49,631 bases of DNA from positions 1 through 49,631 of the forward strand of contig JAQGOU010000006.1 of NCBI GenBank assembly GCA_028293445.1, in the 5' to 3' direction. Position 1 is the stretch's first letter, and each line of letters starts with the position of its first letter. Below the pieces are notes generated by a model. It searched no databases. It was not told where the DNA came from and saw only the letters and a program-made list of their open reading frames with translations. The position numbers and the translations under genes were made by a program. Positions 49,297 to 49,631 of the stretch are shown piece after piece. Origin of the DNA: Verrucomicrobiales bacterium (lineage in GTDB: Bacteria > Verrucomicrobiota > Verrucomicrobiia > Limisphaerales > JACDHS01).

Positions 49297-49631
49297 TTAC
49301 CAATCGGTCGGTTGGTAATCTTTTAAAAACTTCCCCCAGACATGTTCACCGGTGTTAAAGCCGGCAATGATGGGATCCACGATTCGCGCGGCCCCATCCA
49401 CAATATCCAGCGGCGGATGAAAGCGATGTTCTTTCGTTTTGCGCTCCGCAATCTGCACCGGATCTTCGTCCGTGACCCAACCTGTATCCACACTGTTCAT
49501 GTGAATGCCATCCGCGTGGTAGTCAGCAGCCGAAGTACGCGTCATCATGTTGAGCTCCGCCTTCTCCATGTTCGTTTGCGGTTGGCGGTTCGTCTTATAT
49601 TTTCGATAAAACTGACCTTCTACTGCCGACA
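49297..49631 (-). CDS. SDR oxidoreductase, C-terminal part (runs off the window)
   Basis: [43 protein letters not shown]. Confidence 0.85.
   Translation of the reverse strand, partial: SAVEGQFYRKYKTNRQPQTNMEKAELNMMTRTSAADYHADGIHMNSVDTGWVTDEDPVQIAERKTKEHRFHPPLDIVDGAARIVDPIIAGFNTGEHVWGKFLKDYQPTDW

Overview
Bacterial chromosomal segment of about 50 kb, most likely from the Verrucomicrobiota (inferred from the prepilin/H-X9-DG protein, the Reg_prop sensor kinase and the dnaK-groES-groEL order). It appears to span the replication origin. dnaN lacks an upstream dnaA but is preceded by a DnaA-box/trio-like region, and two parS palindromes sit inside an in-frame insertion of mnmG. Housekeeping genes include yciH, an FKBP, a GGQ rescue factor, cvfB, pgi, mnmG, dnaK, groES, groEL, lnt, aguA, mlaF/mlaD-like, xerD, miaA and lgt. 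Accessory genes include a 1796-aa amidase surface protein, two two-component systems, beta-propellers, a sulfatase, ada-alkB, a PHP hydrolase and a GH5-like enzyme. No tRNA, rRNA, CRISPR array or transposase was seen. The most notable unexplained signals are: (1) three intergenic arrays of unrelated sequence sharing a 41-42-bp period of paired palindromes; (2) an unannotated 30-aa histone-H1-like ORF followed by a long UUCG hairpin; (3) a duplication of the dnaN 5' end and oriC unwinding region at a 950-bp offset, bracketing an orphan secreted-protein gene; (4) parS sites encoded within MnmG; (5) a sigma54-type promoter with enhancer-like sites for dnaK-groESL. All calls come from manual reading and motif recall; no searches were run.
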